From positions 62,001 through 126,000 of the forward strand of contig NIVC01000418.1 in assembly GCA_002269645.1 (NCBI GenBank): DNA of 64,000 nucleotides. The letters are read 5' to 3'. Positions 44,609 to 58,400 of the stretch are shown in pieces. This DNA comes from Macrostomum lignano (Eukaryota). Every line of letters begins with the position of its first letter. Within the stretch, counting starts at the first letter, position 1. Made by a program: the position numbers and the translations under genes. The notes below the pieces were generated by a model, which ran no database searches, was not told the origin of the DNA, and saw only the letters and a list, made by a program, of their open reading frames with translations.

Positions 44609-45989
44609 GATGTTGCAGGATTTGTATAGGTGAGGTAGACTTTGTTTCTTTGATTGATAAACTCAAATTTGTTTAGGCTGATCTAATATCAATAATAACT
44701 CGAAACAAGATTTCATGAACAAAATAATTTTGTAATTCAAAGATTCATTAGCAAAATATATACAAGCAATAGCCTATAATAGTACAAGACTTAAGTCTAG
44801 AGTTTCATTTAAATTATTTATATCACAAGTAAATTTAGAATGTTACTATAGGATCATGTTCACTAATAGATTTTGCTAGACTTACTAATCAAATACCTAC
44901 TAAAACTTATAATAATATATAATATAGAATTATAGAATTATAGAATATAGAAAACTATATCAATATTATATAGAAAAATAATATAACACAATTATATTAA
45001 AAAGCAAATTAACTTGTTTTTTTATAAGTTTTTTGTAGCTCTTAATATTCTAGCATTTTATTTGTCTACTAAACTAACTAACTTCCCAATAACCACTTTT
45101 TACCATAGTTTGAATCATCTAGATTAGATTTTTTTAGTATTCAAGGGAAAATTTTAGCATAGGCTTCTCCCACTCCTTAATCTTACACTCCCCTAATACA
45201 TTAGAAAATTCCTGTGTACAATAGAACTGAAAAATAGTTGTTATAAAGTATTTAGTGTATGGAACAATCTACCAGAAAATTGTGTCACAGAGCCACCATA
45301 TGACATAGCTGTTGGTGTACAAAAAGACCAAAATTTTGTAATGCACAAAAGATTCTTGTATTGTTGCAATGCAAAAAGGTCATGTATTGTTGTAACACTT
45401 TTGATAATGTCCAGCATATATACAATGCTCAAGAAGGCATGCCAGAATCAAAGATGAACAAAGCTACCAATTCACACCAAGCATGCCAACATTTTTAGTC
45501 AACTGTTTCATGTATGCTAAGCATGTTAAAATTTTAATGACCCTTTTTACTATGCATGTCAAATATACTATAGGCCTAATGTTTTGACCCCTAAATTTTT
45601 AGGCTTTTAAAAACACTGATACTTTTTAAAAATAATTATTCAACAATAACAACAAATTATACTATGTTTTGATTATTAGAAGGCAATATATTATTATTTA
45701 GGTCTAGAGTCCAACCAAGATCTCAATATTGAAATTTCAAGACTTGGCCTTTTTAGGTCATTTTGAGAAATTCTTAAAATTTTGAGAATGGGCTTAGAAT
45801 TTGAGAACAGTCAAGCAAGATTGAATTCAATATAGAAAGTGTTAAAATATTATGAAGTGCCAAATAAAAGAAACAAATAATGCATTGTCTAATGCATAAT
45901 TAGCACTTTTTTGTTTTGTTTGTTGGTATATTTACAGCTTTTTAAAAATTAAAATATATTAATATTTTACTTCTATGAAACAGATTTAA

Positions 45990-48450
45990 CAGTAGGAATA
46001 CCAAGCCATTTTTCCGCCCATCGAACTACCAAGGGGGGGGGGAAATTTCCCCCCCCCTGACAATTTTTTTTGCTGCGCCGGAACGGAGCAACGCAGACAC
46101 ACAAAATTCAAGAACACGGGCTAACTTTTTGTTGCGCACCTTCTCAAACAAGAATCAAGTCGCCAGCCCTCCGGACCGTCGAAATATTCGACGATTCTGC
46201 CAGAAGGTCGGATTTTTCCCAGAAGCGCTAGTGTATTCAGTACACCCCTGTGCGCCAATTAGCACTGCACCTCAGTGCAGCCTTGCCAAGTCTCCAAATT
46301 TCATCAGCACATCGACCACATGTGTCTGCATCAGCTCTGACTTCGTTGGTCACTAGCCTTCACCCAGGCGGAGCTTCTGGACCTTCAACAGGTGGCACCA
46401 AGTGACTATGGACACTCTGATACAAATTTCTCGAGTTTCGCTGATCAAGCCTCGACAGTGGGCATACCTGAACTGCTAGGTATCCTCAGCTAGTCTCTCG
46501 AGCCTTCCATCATCACCCCGACGCCGTCGGCACCTTCAATGGATTACACCAGGTGACTATGAACACCCTGATGCAAATTTCTCTATTTTCGCTGATCAAG
46601 CCTTGCCAATGGGCAAGAATCAACCGCCAGACATTCTCAGCTAGTCTCTCAAGCATTCCGTCATCATCCCGACGCCGTCGGCTCCTTCAACAGATGACAC
46701 CAAGTGACTATGGAAACCCTGATGCGAATTTCTCTAGTTTCGCCAATCAAGCCTCGACAGTAGGCAAGCCTCAACTGCCGGACACCTTCAGCTATTCTTC
46801 TAAGCATTTAGCCATCACCCCGACGCCGTCGGCACCTTCAACAGGTGGTACCAGGGGAGTAAGGACACCTGAGCGTGATTTTTCATCATGCTCTTAACAT
46901 TTCTGAAGCTCTCAAAATTTTTAAAGCACGGACATTGCTATAGTTAAGCTTGAACTCATGTTGCTGTATATTATATTATTATTACACATACCTTTATGCA
47001 TACGAGCTACATACATATTTTATTTAAAAAGCTGTTTAGTTTATTCAACTATAATATTGAACCCAATTTTTATGCAGAAAGGGTTATGCTTTTAAGAAGC
47101 CAGTAAATTCAATCGGTTTTTTCATTTTTTAATGATTCAGAAATGTTAAGAGCATGATGAAAAATCACGCTCAGGTGTCCTTACTCCCCTGGTACCACCT
47201 GTTGAAGGTGCCGACGGCGTCGGGGTGATGGCTAAATGCTTAGGAGACTAGCTGAAGGTGTCCGGCAGTTGAGGCCCGCCCACTGTCGAGGCTTGATCGG
47301 CGAAACTAGAGAAATTCGCATCAGGGTTTCCATAGTCACTTGGTGTCATCTGTTGAAGGAGCCGACGGCGTCGGGATGATGACGGAATGCTTGAGAGACT
47401 AGCTGACAATGTCCGTCGGTTGAGGTTTGCCCATTATTGAAGCTTTATAAGAAAGACCTGACATATTTGCAACAGGATTTCCATAGTCACCTGGTGTAAT
47501 CTGTTGAAGGAGCCGACGGCGTCGGGATGATGACAGAATGCTTGAGAGACTAGCTGAGAATGTCTGGCGGTTGATTCTTGCCCATTGGCAAGGCTTGATC
47601 AGCGAAAATAGAGAAATTTGCATCAGGGTGTTCATAGTCACCTGGTGTAATCCGTTGAAGGTGCCGATGGCGTCGGGGTGATGATGGAAGGCTCGAGAGA
47701 CTAGCTGAGGATACCTAGCAGTTCAGGTATGCCCACTGTCGAGGCTTGATCAGCGAAACTCGAGAAATTCGTATCAGAGTGTCCATAGTCACTTGGTGCC
47801 ACCTGTTGAAGGTCCAGAAGCTCCGCCTGGGTGAAGGCTAGTGACCAACGAAGTCAGAGCTGATGCAGACACATGTGGTCGACGTGCTGATGAAATTTGG
47901 AGACTTGGCAAGGCTGCACTGAGGCGCAGTGCTAATTGGCGCACAGGGGTGTACTGAATACACTAGCGCTTCTGGGAAAAATCCGACCTTCTGGCAGAAT
48001 CGTCGAATATCTCGACGGTCCGGAGGGCTGGTGACTTGATTCTTGTTTGAGAAGGTGCGCAACAAAAAGTTAGCCCGTGTTCTTGAATTTTGTGTGTGCG
48101 TTGCTCCGTTCCGTCGCAGCCCTATTGCAGCCAATGGCCATTTTCGTGGACGGCGTCCGGCGCGGATTGGACTGGTGGCGGCGCGGCGCGCGGCGGCGGC
48201 GCGGCGCGTGGCGGCGGCGCGCGGTGGCGTGGTGTGTGGCGGCGGCGCGCAGCGCGCGGCGAGCCATTGACTGACTAATTGAACCAAATCACTGATCCTG
48301 GGGACTGGCCCTGGCGCAGTACGGGTAGATGTCTGGCGCGGGAAAGGGGGGCGTCCGGCGCGGTTCAGACCTTGGCTGCAATAGGGCGTCGCAGCAAAAA
48401 AAATTGTCAGGGGGGGGGGGAATTTCCCCCCCCCCTTGGTAGTTCTACTG
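45990..48450. mobile_element. 2461-bp foldback DNA element with ~0.9-1.3-kb inverted arms, CAGTAG termini and TTAA duplication (Sola3-like, non-autonomous)
   Basis: TTAA|CAGTAG at 45986-45995 and CTACTG|TTAA at 48445-48454. Arms ~46020-46910 and ~47137-48450 are reverse complements and contain ~151-bp subrepeats, with a ~230-bp AT-rich spacer. Confidence 0.82.
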
Positions 48451-49124
48451 TTAAACACAAGTTTTATCTGTATTTTTTCACACAGAAAATTGTGTTTTAG
48501 TATTAAAATACAGATAACCCCAATATAGGCTAAAATTTATATATAACTTATCATAAGTATTATTCTTCCTATACAAATTCACAATTGCAGCTGGATCACC
48601 AATTCTCAATTGACTTATTTTTAATCTTAATTTTTTTAAATTCTTGCTTGATCTCACTTGAAAACAAAAATCTAATCTTGGTAGGACTATTCAAGTCACT
48701 ACAATATACAAGCATTTTTATAAGTATTGTTTATCTGCTGTCTCATTAAAAATTTGAATACTTCATTAGATATTGTTTCGTAGAATTTGACTCAGAGCCT
48801 CTATAGCTGAGTTCCAGAGCCTAGCCCCCCCCTGGGTATACACTTAGTGAATTTAAGCTAACCCTCCCAAATGCAATGCACAAAGCAACAAAAATTCTTG
48901 CATGCACAGTGCATACTTGAGACTATAGATTGTACCATATTTTACCATTGCCTTAAGCATGCCAATTGTGCCATATTTTTATGATTGCTTTAAACATGCC
49001 ATTGAAAAAATCTGGCATACCGTATATATGCCAGAAACTTCTAGCATATTTGCCGCCTTTTTTATTATGGCATATATATTACAAGTAAATTTGTTTTTCT
49101 AGCATAAAATTGATTTTATGGGAT

Positions 49125-49894
49125 AATGGCTAGAGTTCGGGCACCGGAACCCATTTTCTAATGGCTATGGATCTGGCACTCTTCTGCAGGCAATGATCTA
49201 CTAATAATGAAATTTTTGAACATTAGTATGTTAGAAGTATACATGTGCAACTGCTAGCGGACCTGGCCAATCTGGCCACCGTAAATTGTGGTAGACCAGG
49301 GGTAAGTCGCAAAAATGCCCAGCCTAGAGAATATGGACATAGTAATAATTAGATGATGAGGCATTTAGCCCTTATAAGACAGTCATAGTTACTTTTGCCA
49401 TTTACCCAAAATTGCATTAGGGTTTCTTTTACAAGTCACATTTTTGGTCAAAAAATAAGTCGCATATCCAGCCAGTGTACATGCTTAGGCGCAACCTTAG
49501 GATTCACTCGGAAGTTTCTATTGGCAACACACACATGTAAGTCGCTATTGGCTGAGAGCAGTCACGTGACTACTGTTCTGTCCAATAGCGACTTACATGC
49601 GTGTGTTGCCAATAGAAACGGCTGGGTGAATCCCAAAGTTGCGCATGTATGCCAGTGTAAATCAGGGGGGTTGCGCATGTATGGTTAGAAGTATATTCTT
49701 GTTTTGAATCTATCATTTCATTTTGATCTTATCTTAAACAAAATCTCAATATCAACCACCTGTTAAAAAGTAAAATGTTTTTGCTATACTATAGGCCTAC
49801 CTATAAATTGCACTACTGGAATACCACTGCCAGATCCATAGCCATTAGAAAATGGGTTCCATTCTGGTGCCTGGGTGCTGGAACTCTAGCCATT
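49125..49894. mobile_element. Nested palindromic MITE-like element
   Basis: Outer inverted arms 49125-49178 and 49828-49894; inner arms 49515-49551 and 49582-49618 around the palindrome GTCACGTGAC (49561-49570). Confidence 0.65.
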
Positions 49895-51905
49895 GCTTTT
49901 ATGGTGTAGGGGTCACTTTTTCCTGTAGGGCCCTACTGTGTAATAGATTTGAGAGTGTGGAGGCGTCCTTATATATTGCAATTAATGCATATTTGGCACT
50001 AAAATGTTTTAGAATATCTAGATGTCTAACTCTAATTCCCCCTAAAGGGTTACAAAGCCCATAGGCCCAATCCTAGCCTATTTAAATGTATAAAACATTT
50101 TTTTCTTTTTTAAGCAGCTATAGGCCCTATTATATTTAGCCAAGGAGTTAAACTGAATGATATCCTAAAGCCTAGAAAAGGCCTATCTAAATTAAATTTG
50201 TTGAATATTTAAATACAATTTTAAAGTGGGTTACTTATTGGTTAGGTTATGGGGTCCATAATACAACTAGAGCACATATCGCTTACATCGTTTAGGACAT
50301 TTGATCTAACTCAGCTATGCTATAGGCTCATTCTATTCATGTCAAACTTAATTCTATCAATAATTTTGGCAGTAGAGTAATTACTCCGCGAGGCCGCGTG
50401 GATGGATTACAGGAAATTTTTTGATTTTTAAATTTTCGCCAGAAGTCAGCTTATAATTCAATTTATAAAATTGTAATTTGGCCGTATTGGTTATTGAATT
50501 TTAAGTTTTCTTATATTACTACATGCGTGGCATTTTCTATAATCTTACTTAAATCGACACTTGGTCATTATTGAAGAAATGTTAGATCTAGTTTGTTTTA
50601 CTTAATGAAGAGCGAAAACTTTTGCTGATAGCTACAATAACTACAACTGCATGTGCAATGATTATTACTTACATCTCTCCATCCCAGCTCTCTCGAACCC
50701 TGCGGCCGATTTTGCACCCCGATCGTCACTATTTTGGTTGCCGATCGAGGTCCTTTAATTAACTGTCTTAGAATACTTTGGCATTTAATGTGTGCAGCAG
50801 CCCGCTGCAGCCGATAAGTGACAGATATGGTAAAGCAATGGAAATGTTTTAAAGCTAATTAATTTTACAAGTGCATTAGAAAAAACACAAACTTTAAGAA
50901 CTATTAGAATTATAACACATTTTCAAAAATTTAAGAAACGTCTACATGTAAATGATAAATATAGATCTGGCCTACTGAAAATCAGAAATACTGTAGTACC
51001 AGCTATGTAATGTAGTGTACGTGTTGCTCATAACAGCTGCATTAAAGCAGCATACAAAAGACGTGTGTTTTAGGGTCGTTTGAAAAAAACATTAAAACAT
51101 ACAGTAATTTGTCTTGGTTGCAGATGCCCAGGTGTATCCACAAATATTTACCTGTCAGGGCCCCAATCAGAACATGAATACATGTAAACCATGCAGCATA
51201 GTTCGAATACTCGTAAGAAAGCAAATCGGATAACAAAACATCTAATTTGAACCACGATTTTCGTACATTGTATCTGAGGTCTATATTTGCCCTCTTCGAA
51301 CAAATTTCGATAGAAACTTAGAAAGAATAGGTACAGTGTGTACATATTTTCAGTGTGTAGTGGTAGTGCCGCGTACAATTGACTTTTAAAAACTGATTAA
51401 AGAGCTTATATACTCATTAAAACATTGGATAGCAAAACCAGCATCAAAAACATACTGCTGGTCGCTGAATAAAAACAAACTACCTGTGGCTATCTAGCTG
51501 TTTTCTTTTTAAAAATTGATCGGTACTTGAGTCGATTAAAATAATTTCTTAGTCATCGGGGAGAGGATGATGTGAGTGTACAGTGTAGATGTGAGTACAC
51601 GCAGTGATGACTTTAAAAACCTTGATACAGAATGCAACGTTAGATTTAGTCCTTCAGTGATCCAAGTTGATATCAAATAAGAAGAGTTCACAGAAGCAGC
51701 AACAGTAGCAGAGAGTCAACTGAATTTCGAGACAATCCGTCTTTCTGAGGAATCGAAAAAATAATTACGATAAAAAAAATTCTGGCTGGGAAATACAAAC
51801 GTGCAGAACAAAAAATGTAATTTATCAAGCTAAAAACCAGCAAAAACCGTGATTACTATTGTTGTATATGCACGAGTATTGATCGTGTAGAATATTACGA
51901 GCGTA

Positions 51906-54433
51906 TCATTTGTCTTGAAAAACTTTCCTCATACGAGAGTACTCCTTCAGAGCTTTCGGGCCAAGCTTGTAGACTCGCTTCTTAGACGCTTTTCCACCGG
52001 ATAGGTAATCGAAGTAGTCCTTTTGGCGTTCGCGGCCCACACTGAAAGCGTGCAGTTGTGATTGATGGAAAGGTATCAATGAAGTTCGCAGCCGCAATTC
52101 AAGGTGACAGTTTACCCACAGAAATAGCTTATTCTGCTAACCCCCTAAGGCACTACTTGCTCGCAAAAACTGTGCAGTGGCCCTAACTTCGTCAAGCATC
52201 TACACAATACACTACTCTGCGCGCCTTTGTAGATCGGCTTTCCTGGGTGTCAATGATACAGGACAAGAGGCAGACCAATTTAAACATTAATTATTATACG
52301 TTATAATATTTAACAAGTTGGCTTTAGAAAATTTTATTCTCTATATACTTTGAGCTTAAAATCGGAGACAAAAAAAACACTTTGTTCCTCACCGCATGGC
52401 TCGAGCAAATGTGTCAAAGTTGCCGTTCCTGTTGCCCTTCAGGCTCTGCCAGATCAGTCCCATAAGTTTCGTGTCGCGAGCCACAAAGTTTTCGCTGACC
52501 TCGTCAGTTTCCGTCCCGTCCTCGGTGCAGAAGCTCAAAACTTTGTTAAAGTTTAGCTCACTACCGGCTTGCAAAATTGCCAAAACAACTTCGTGCACCT
52601 GGATTTTTCCATTGCTACAAGCGGCGGCTCCTTTCTTGTGGTAATTTGCTGCAAAAGCGAGTGTTTTTTTGCTGCGTTGTAAAATATTGATCAATTTGAA
52701 ACGGGTTTACCATGGCACTGTGCATTTTTTCTGGTTCCAATGATTATTTCTCAAACTTTATGAGCGTAAACTTTGAACCTCTGACAATAGACGTATATAG
52801 ATTGTGGACACCCTGATGCAACGTCTTAGGCGTTATAGCGCATACAAGCGCGCCAATACTGTCTGTACGCAGGCACGCGCTCACACAGGGTGCGCAGCGG
52901 CCCTGACTTTCTAATCGTGAGGCATGTACACTCGTTGTGCCTTGGGAGCCCTCATGGTGGCTGTGAATCGTGGCTTTCCCATAGTCGCGTAAAGTCCTCA
53001 CTTCTCCCATTCCGTGAGAAATCCGTCAATTCTCTTCCGACTTACCAACAGCTCTTTGAATGTAACCGACTTTCTCACTCAGGTCCTCCCGTTCTGTAGA
53101 GCTCAAGGAGCCCCGACTCTTGGCGCTGCCGCTCTTAACTTTCGCCACCTTCGAATGTCGTTTCAAAGACGGCTGCTCCTGCGGCGTCAACTCCAACTGC
53201 TGCTGAGGCTGTGTCTGCATCTCCATTTGAGGCGTCTGTGCTGGCTGCGTTACCTCTGTGCCGGACGTTGCCGACAGGGGGGACAGGATCTCGTCAACAA
53301 TATCGGGGTCCACAGTCTCAAGCAGAGGCAGCTGCCGCGGCGGGCAGGCCTTGAACACGGGCAGCGTGGGCACCCCGCCCTGTTCTGGAATTGGATGCCG
53401 AGGCTCCTGCGTCACCTGCAGAGTGCCCGGGTACTCCAGCGTCTGCGCCATGTTGGTCATGCCGCTGCTGACCGGCTGCGACACGATTGACGATGACGGC
53501 GGCGGCGAATCAATGTCCATGGACTTCGGCGAGGACCGTCCCGGAGGTGGCAGCCACGACTTTAAAGCTTCTTCGCCAGACTAAAGAGCAATAATTGTGT
53601 CGGTTGTCTTCTTGTTTATTTCACAGAATTATAATTTTCATGGCTCATTCATTTTAATTAGTTAATTAAGGCGCATCTGAAGGCTGCGTACGGCTGTTCA
53701 GTCCAAGGACTGGGGGGGGGGGGGGGGTCGCCACACACCCTCAATTACCCCAGCTAATGCTGGCACCCATTTTACAGTTGGGTGAACTGAAGTAATGCAG
53801 GTTTAAGTGTCTTGCTCAATGACACAAATAATTGTTCTGAGTGGGCGAGAATCGAACCCCCGACCTTTAAATCGTGAGTCCGACGCTCTAACCACTTGGC
53901 TACAACCCCCTAACTAACCGCTTGTCACACTGTCTGCTCGTCAGCACCATCAGTTGGTTTTTAAAATCAAAACTTGCCTTTCAGGCTCTTAGCAGGTTGG
54001 CGTCTTCCAATATTACTGAAGCATTACATTGTTACTTATCTTATCTTCGGTTTCGATACGTTGGTACCCATGAGAGAGTAAAGCTACGCAAACAGAATTG
54101 ACTTGAGTGATTTTTTGTGTCTGTACGAGTGATATACCCAAACGCTCGTGTCAAAACATGCATGTGAGTACATGTAAGCTCGCAATAAGTACATAAGCAC
54201 ACACTTCCAGGACTTCACTGTACCTTGGAATCGTTGATAAAGCACTGCTGGATGTTCATCGCGGTTGCAACTTCTGGCTCGGAAGCGTCGTTAAATAGTT
54301 CGTGAACTAGACTATCGAAGCTGGCAGACTTCTCCAGCAGGGCTCGCGGATGCGACTGCGACAAGTGAAATTTCAGCCCATCGTCGGATCGTCTAGTTAG
54401 CTGCAGTAGCAAATCATCCGACGACAGATCCAT
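51906..54433 (-). CDS. Putative transcription factor with a highly divergent C-terminal ETS-like domain (378 aa as modelled; 5' end uncertain)
   Basis: Exons 54433-54224, 53580-53046, 52648-52393 and 52041-51906 join in frame (1137 nt). IQVHEVVLAIL, LIWQSLKGNRNGNFDTFARAMR and KKRVYKLG follow the order and spacing of ETS motifs (QLWQFLLELL, WG.RKN..MNY.KLSRALR, RLVYKF). Confidence 0.65.
52826..52985 (-). mobile_element. Diverged relative of the SINE family A central domain, in an ETS-like gene intron
   Basis: GTGTACATGCCT...AAAGTCAGGGCCGCTG..CAC.CCTGTGTGAG..CGTGCCTGCGTAC...GCGCGCTTGTATG matches family A. Confidence 0.65.
53673..53909 (-). mobile_element. CORE-type tRNA-derived SINE (family B), apparently full length
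   Basis: A-box TAGCCAAGTGG and B-box GGTTCGATTC, followed by TGTGTCATTGAGCAAGACACTTAAACC...CTTCAGTTCACCCAACTGTAAAATGGG, which resembles the MIR/CORE domain. Confidence 0.82.
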
Positions 54434-55247
54434 GACTGAGCTTTCCAAAAAATTTCCTTCTTGTTACCTTTATTTGTATTCTAAACTGTTATTTTACTTG
54501 GTTTTCTGCTCACATGACTACTGCTTTTGCAGCTCGAGCTCTACAAGGAACTAAAACCTAAAAGCACTAGCGAGGGCTTTAGGCAAGAACTTTTCTTGTA
54601 TAAATAGAGCTAGCACATTAGTTGGGGTCGGCTTTCTAGGCGTTTGGCATCTCTACCCCAGTTTACTGCGGGGATGGATCATAGAGTGTACAGTCTAAAC
54701 AGAATGTACAGACTAACTGAATGTACATTATAAACTGAATGTACAGTGAAGAACGGGTGGGCCGTGGTTTTTCTCACGGGCTTGCCGCCGGATTGGCCAT
54801 TGAAATTCCGTGGAGAAAGCTTTGAAACCCTCCCTTTACCCCTTGCAGATAAGCTGTGCTTGCATTATCTCTTGTAGAGAGACAATTTCACTCACAACTA
54901 ACTATTCGTAAAAGACGGGTTTAATTGAAGAGGCTAGCATTTTAATTCATGCTGAACTTATTACAGAATATGCAGTTTGCAAATTCTAGCTGGAGTTTCA
55001 AGTCCTCATTGCATATTCACGGACCAACGACGACGCTAAAAATAAAGTGGACTGCTAAACTTACATGTGACGCGAGTAGCAAAAATAGAACGCGATTTGA
55101 GTTACGAAACCGTAAAACTATAAAATAAATTCATGCAGCATATCTTCTGGGCTGGGCTGTGACTGTGAACTGCCTTCATGTTCCAGAAAATGTTTAATTC
55201 TTTGTTTCAATAATAATAGCGTACGATCGGATACACTAATTCCTAGT

Positions 55248-55252
55248 CTGTA

Positions 55253-55331
<79 letters not shown>

Positions 55332-55342
55332 GTGTCTGTCTC

Positions 55343-55417
<75 letters not shown>

Positions 55418-55418
55418 G
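55248..55418. repeat. (TCTG)n microsatellite, left flank of the EnSpm element
   Basis: Directly visible. Confidence 0.99.
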
Positions 55419-58400
55419 CCCAGTGTCCATGATGTCAGCATTATGCCGTAATTATGCTGACGCGTCAGCATATTTTTGACAAGCAAAAAAATTCCAAATT
55501 TGTGTTGCATTGATATCTGTTTGATATTTATTGAAAGTGCTTTCAGTTTTGCCAGCAATTCTTTCTTTTTTAGGCGCAGCATCAAACTGGAATAAATTTG
55601 GCCTGTGCATGCCACGGCACAATTAAGGCATTAAGTGCTAAAAATATGACTTTGAGAAACTTAGAAGGAAAAGATTTTATGCAGGTTCCTGAATAGTCCC
55701 AAATTTATAATAGTCTTCAAAGATACCCATTGACAAATTTTACTGTCTTCATAATTTTTGCATATATACAGCATGCAAATGCTTGTTCATTTCGTCGATT
55801 TGATATAATTTGAATTGTACATGTTTCTTATATATACTGAATGGACTACAAATAGTAGTCATACAAGTAATATTTAGATGGTTTATTTTAAGCTATGTTA
55901 TCTTTTGGCTATAGTAGTTATACATGTTTTTATTTTTTGTTATAATAATGAATATTAAACAATATTGAACAAAAATATAGCACATTTTTAATTGATGCTT
56001 TTTACACTCATTTGTCTTAGGCCTAGTCTGTCTCGATCAATTGTACTGGCTTTTATATGTATGCGCAGAAAAATACCTTTTCTAACAAGGCATTTGTATA
56101 TTAGTTTCTAGCAATAGTAGTGGGTGCAGTCTGACAATTTTCTAAGGCTGTATATGATATTACGAAGTTATATATGTTAATGTACTAGCCTAGGCTCTAT
56201 AGGCATAGGCCTATGTGAAATATTGTACTTGTCATATTTTATATAGGGCCTACACCAGTTTTTAGTTGCTTTGTTGTATAAATTGCTGTTAAAATATGAT
56301 ATGATATAATACTGTTCCTTGTAGTTTATATTGCAAATAGCAAACAATTACATATTCAGTTGTCAAAAAAGGATAAAACTAATTTTAAGTTTTATCTAAA
56401 TCAATGAAACAAATGTTGAAATCAGACAATAGGCTTTTTCCAGTTTCTTAACTATTTTATTTACTGGGACACTTAAGCCTTTAAGAGGTCTACTTATAGT
56501 AAAGTACTTATCTAAATATCTATAGACAGAATAATAATTCATTGTAGGCCTAATTATAGGTTATAAACATAGCTAGGCCTATAGTATATTATTGTATAAG
56601 GCAAAAAAAGGTTTAACCTTTTATATTTATAAGTTAGGCCTAATGAATAGGCCCTTAATTTACTCTGTATATATATAAAGCCTAGGTTTTTTTAAGGTTA
56701 GAAATCCAGTTGCCAATGGCTATTTTTGGTTGCCCACTGGCAACCTAACTACCCGCATTCTTGAGGATCTAGATATTTCTAGGGCTCATTAAAACATGGA
56801 TACACTATATGACTATGTGAATGAAACAGTTTGGGACTTGGTATTAAATTGACATTGAAATTGTCCATTTTTGCAACTTTGTTTTTGCATCAACTTAGAT
56901 TAATAGGCCTATAACATTTTTATTATACTTGTAAAATCATTTTCTGAAAGTGGCAACTGGCACAGGGAAATAAAGTTGCTAGATTGGCCTCTGATGCCAA
57001 AAATCCAATTGCCAATGAGATTTTCAAGGGGCCAAAAAATCCCATATGGCCAAAAAATAAACCTAGGCATTATATCTTATATTATTGTTATTTAATTACT
57101 AATTTAACTATAAAGTGCCAATTTATTTTGATTTAATAGGATTTATTTGGTTACCTACAAAAAATAAATATAATATAATAATATATAAAGGCAAATTCTA
57201 TAAACAAAAAATTTAAATTGAATATCAATTTTTTAGCAATATTAAAAATGTGATAAATATATTTTTTCCATCATAGTTTAAGACTTTATTATGGCTTTTT
57301 AAATTCTAATTTTTTATTTTTTATATTGTAATGTTCATGATATTTTCATGATTAAATGTCTAAATACGATATATTGATACAATATTAAGTATAGCAAAAG
57401 CAGTTAATATGCAGTGTATTATGTTAATGTGTAGTTTAATATTTTTATATATTGCAAGTATAGCATGTTGTTAAAGAGGGACATTATTTTCATGGTATAT
57501 ATTGACAAAGATCAATCAATTTTATTAGTTTACTATGTGGATAAGACTAGGACTAGGAGCAGCATTATCTACATAATTCTATGCCAATTGGGAAAATATT
57601 CTATAGTATATAATATTAAATATTAAGTATTGAGTAGTATTAAGTATTTTCTTCCTTAATAGTCAGTTTATCTAAGATTCTAAGAGAAGGAAAGACAGGG
57701 ATTGGAAAAGAATAATAGATATATATTAGACAACTATATAAGTGGTAGAAAGGAGAGGAGAAGACTATGGGAATTGAAAAAAGAAAAGTTTGTAAGTGGG
57801 AGTTAAAAGCCAAATAAACATGTTATCTAAAGTCCAATTCATGCATTATTTCTTATTTCAGATGAGCATTCAATTTGAACAATGCAAATTCAAAGTCACA
57901 TGCTTCGAAGCTGGGATGCAATTACTGTCAAGGTTGAAGAAGTTTCGCTGAAGATAGGGTGGTTTACAAAACTTTTGTAGGCATTAAAAGAACAGATGCA
58001 GACTACAAATCTGGTCTTGAGAATAACCAACTGCAGATTTCGCCACTCATTGACAATGCAAACTTGCAGTCTGGTTTCCCTGTTGATTACTAACATTCTG
58101 TTTGTTTGGGAGTTGTTCGCCAATTGTTAAAGTTTTTTCTCCACTGTAAAGGGTTTTTGTCTTCGTTGTAAATTACACCCAACTGCTTTGGCTGAGCTGT
58201 CTGAAAAGTCGATTTCTTTGGCAAAATTTATACCAAATGAGTTTCAGTGACGGCCAAGGCGATTTGATACCAAGCTTTCTCATTTTAAGGCAACAGAATT
58301 CAGACTCTTTGCTGTATTTGGGACCCTATCTTTTAAAGAAGTATCTGCTTATAACTTTTGTATGTTGTTTTTGTTGCTATATTCTGTTTATATTTTTATG

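Noticed and set aside
54224-54433. Possible pointed (PNT/SAM) domain in the ETS-like gene's first exon
   Set aside because: The resemblance is too weak to support without a profile search.
56680-57068. Short inverted ends GCCTAGGTTT/AAACCTAGGC suggesting a MITE nested in the EnSpm element
   Set aside because: Only about 10 bp of inverted match in AT-rich DNA and no clear target duplication.
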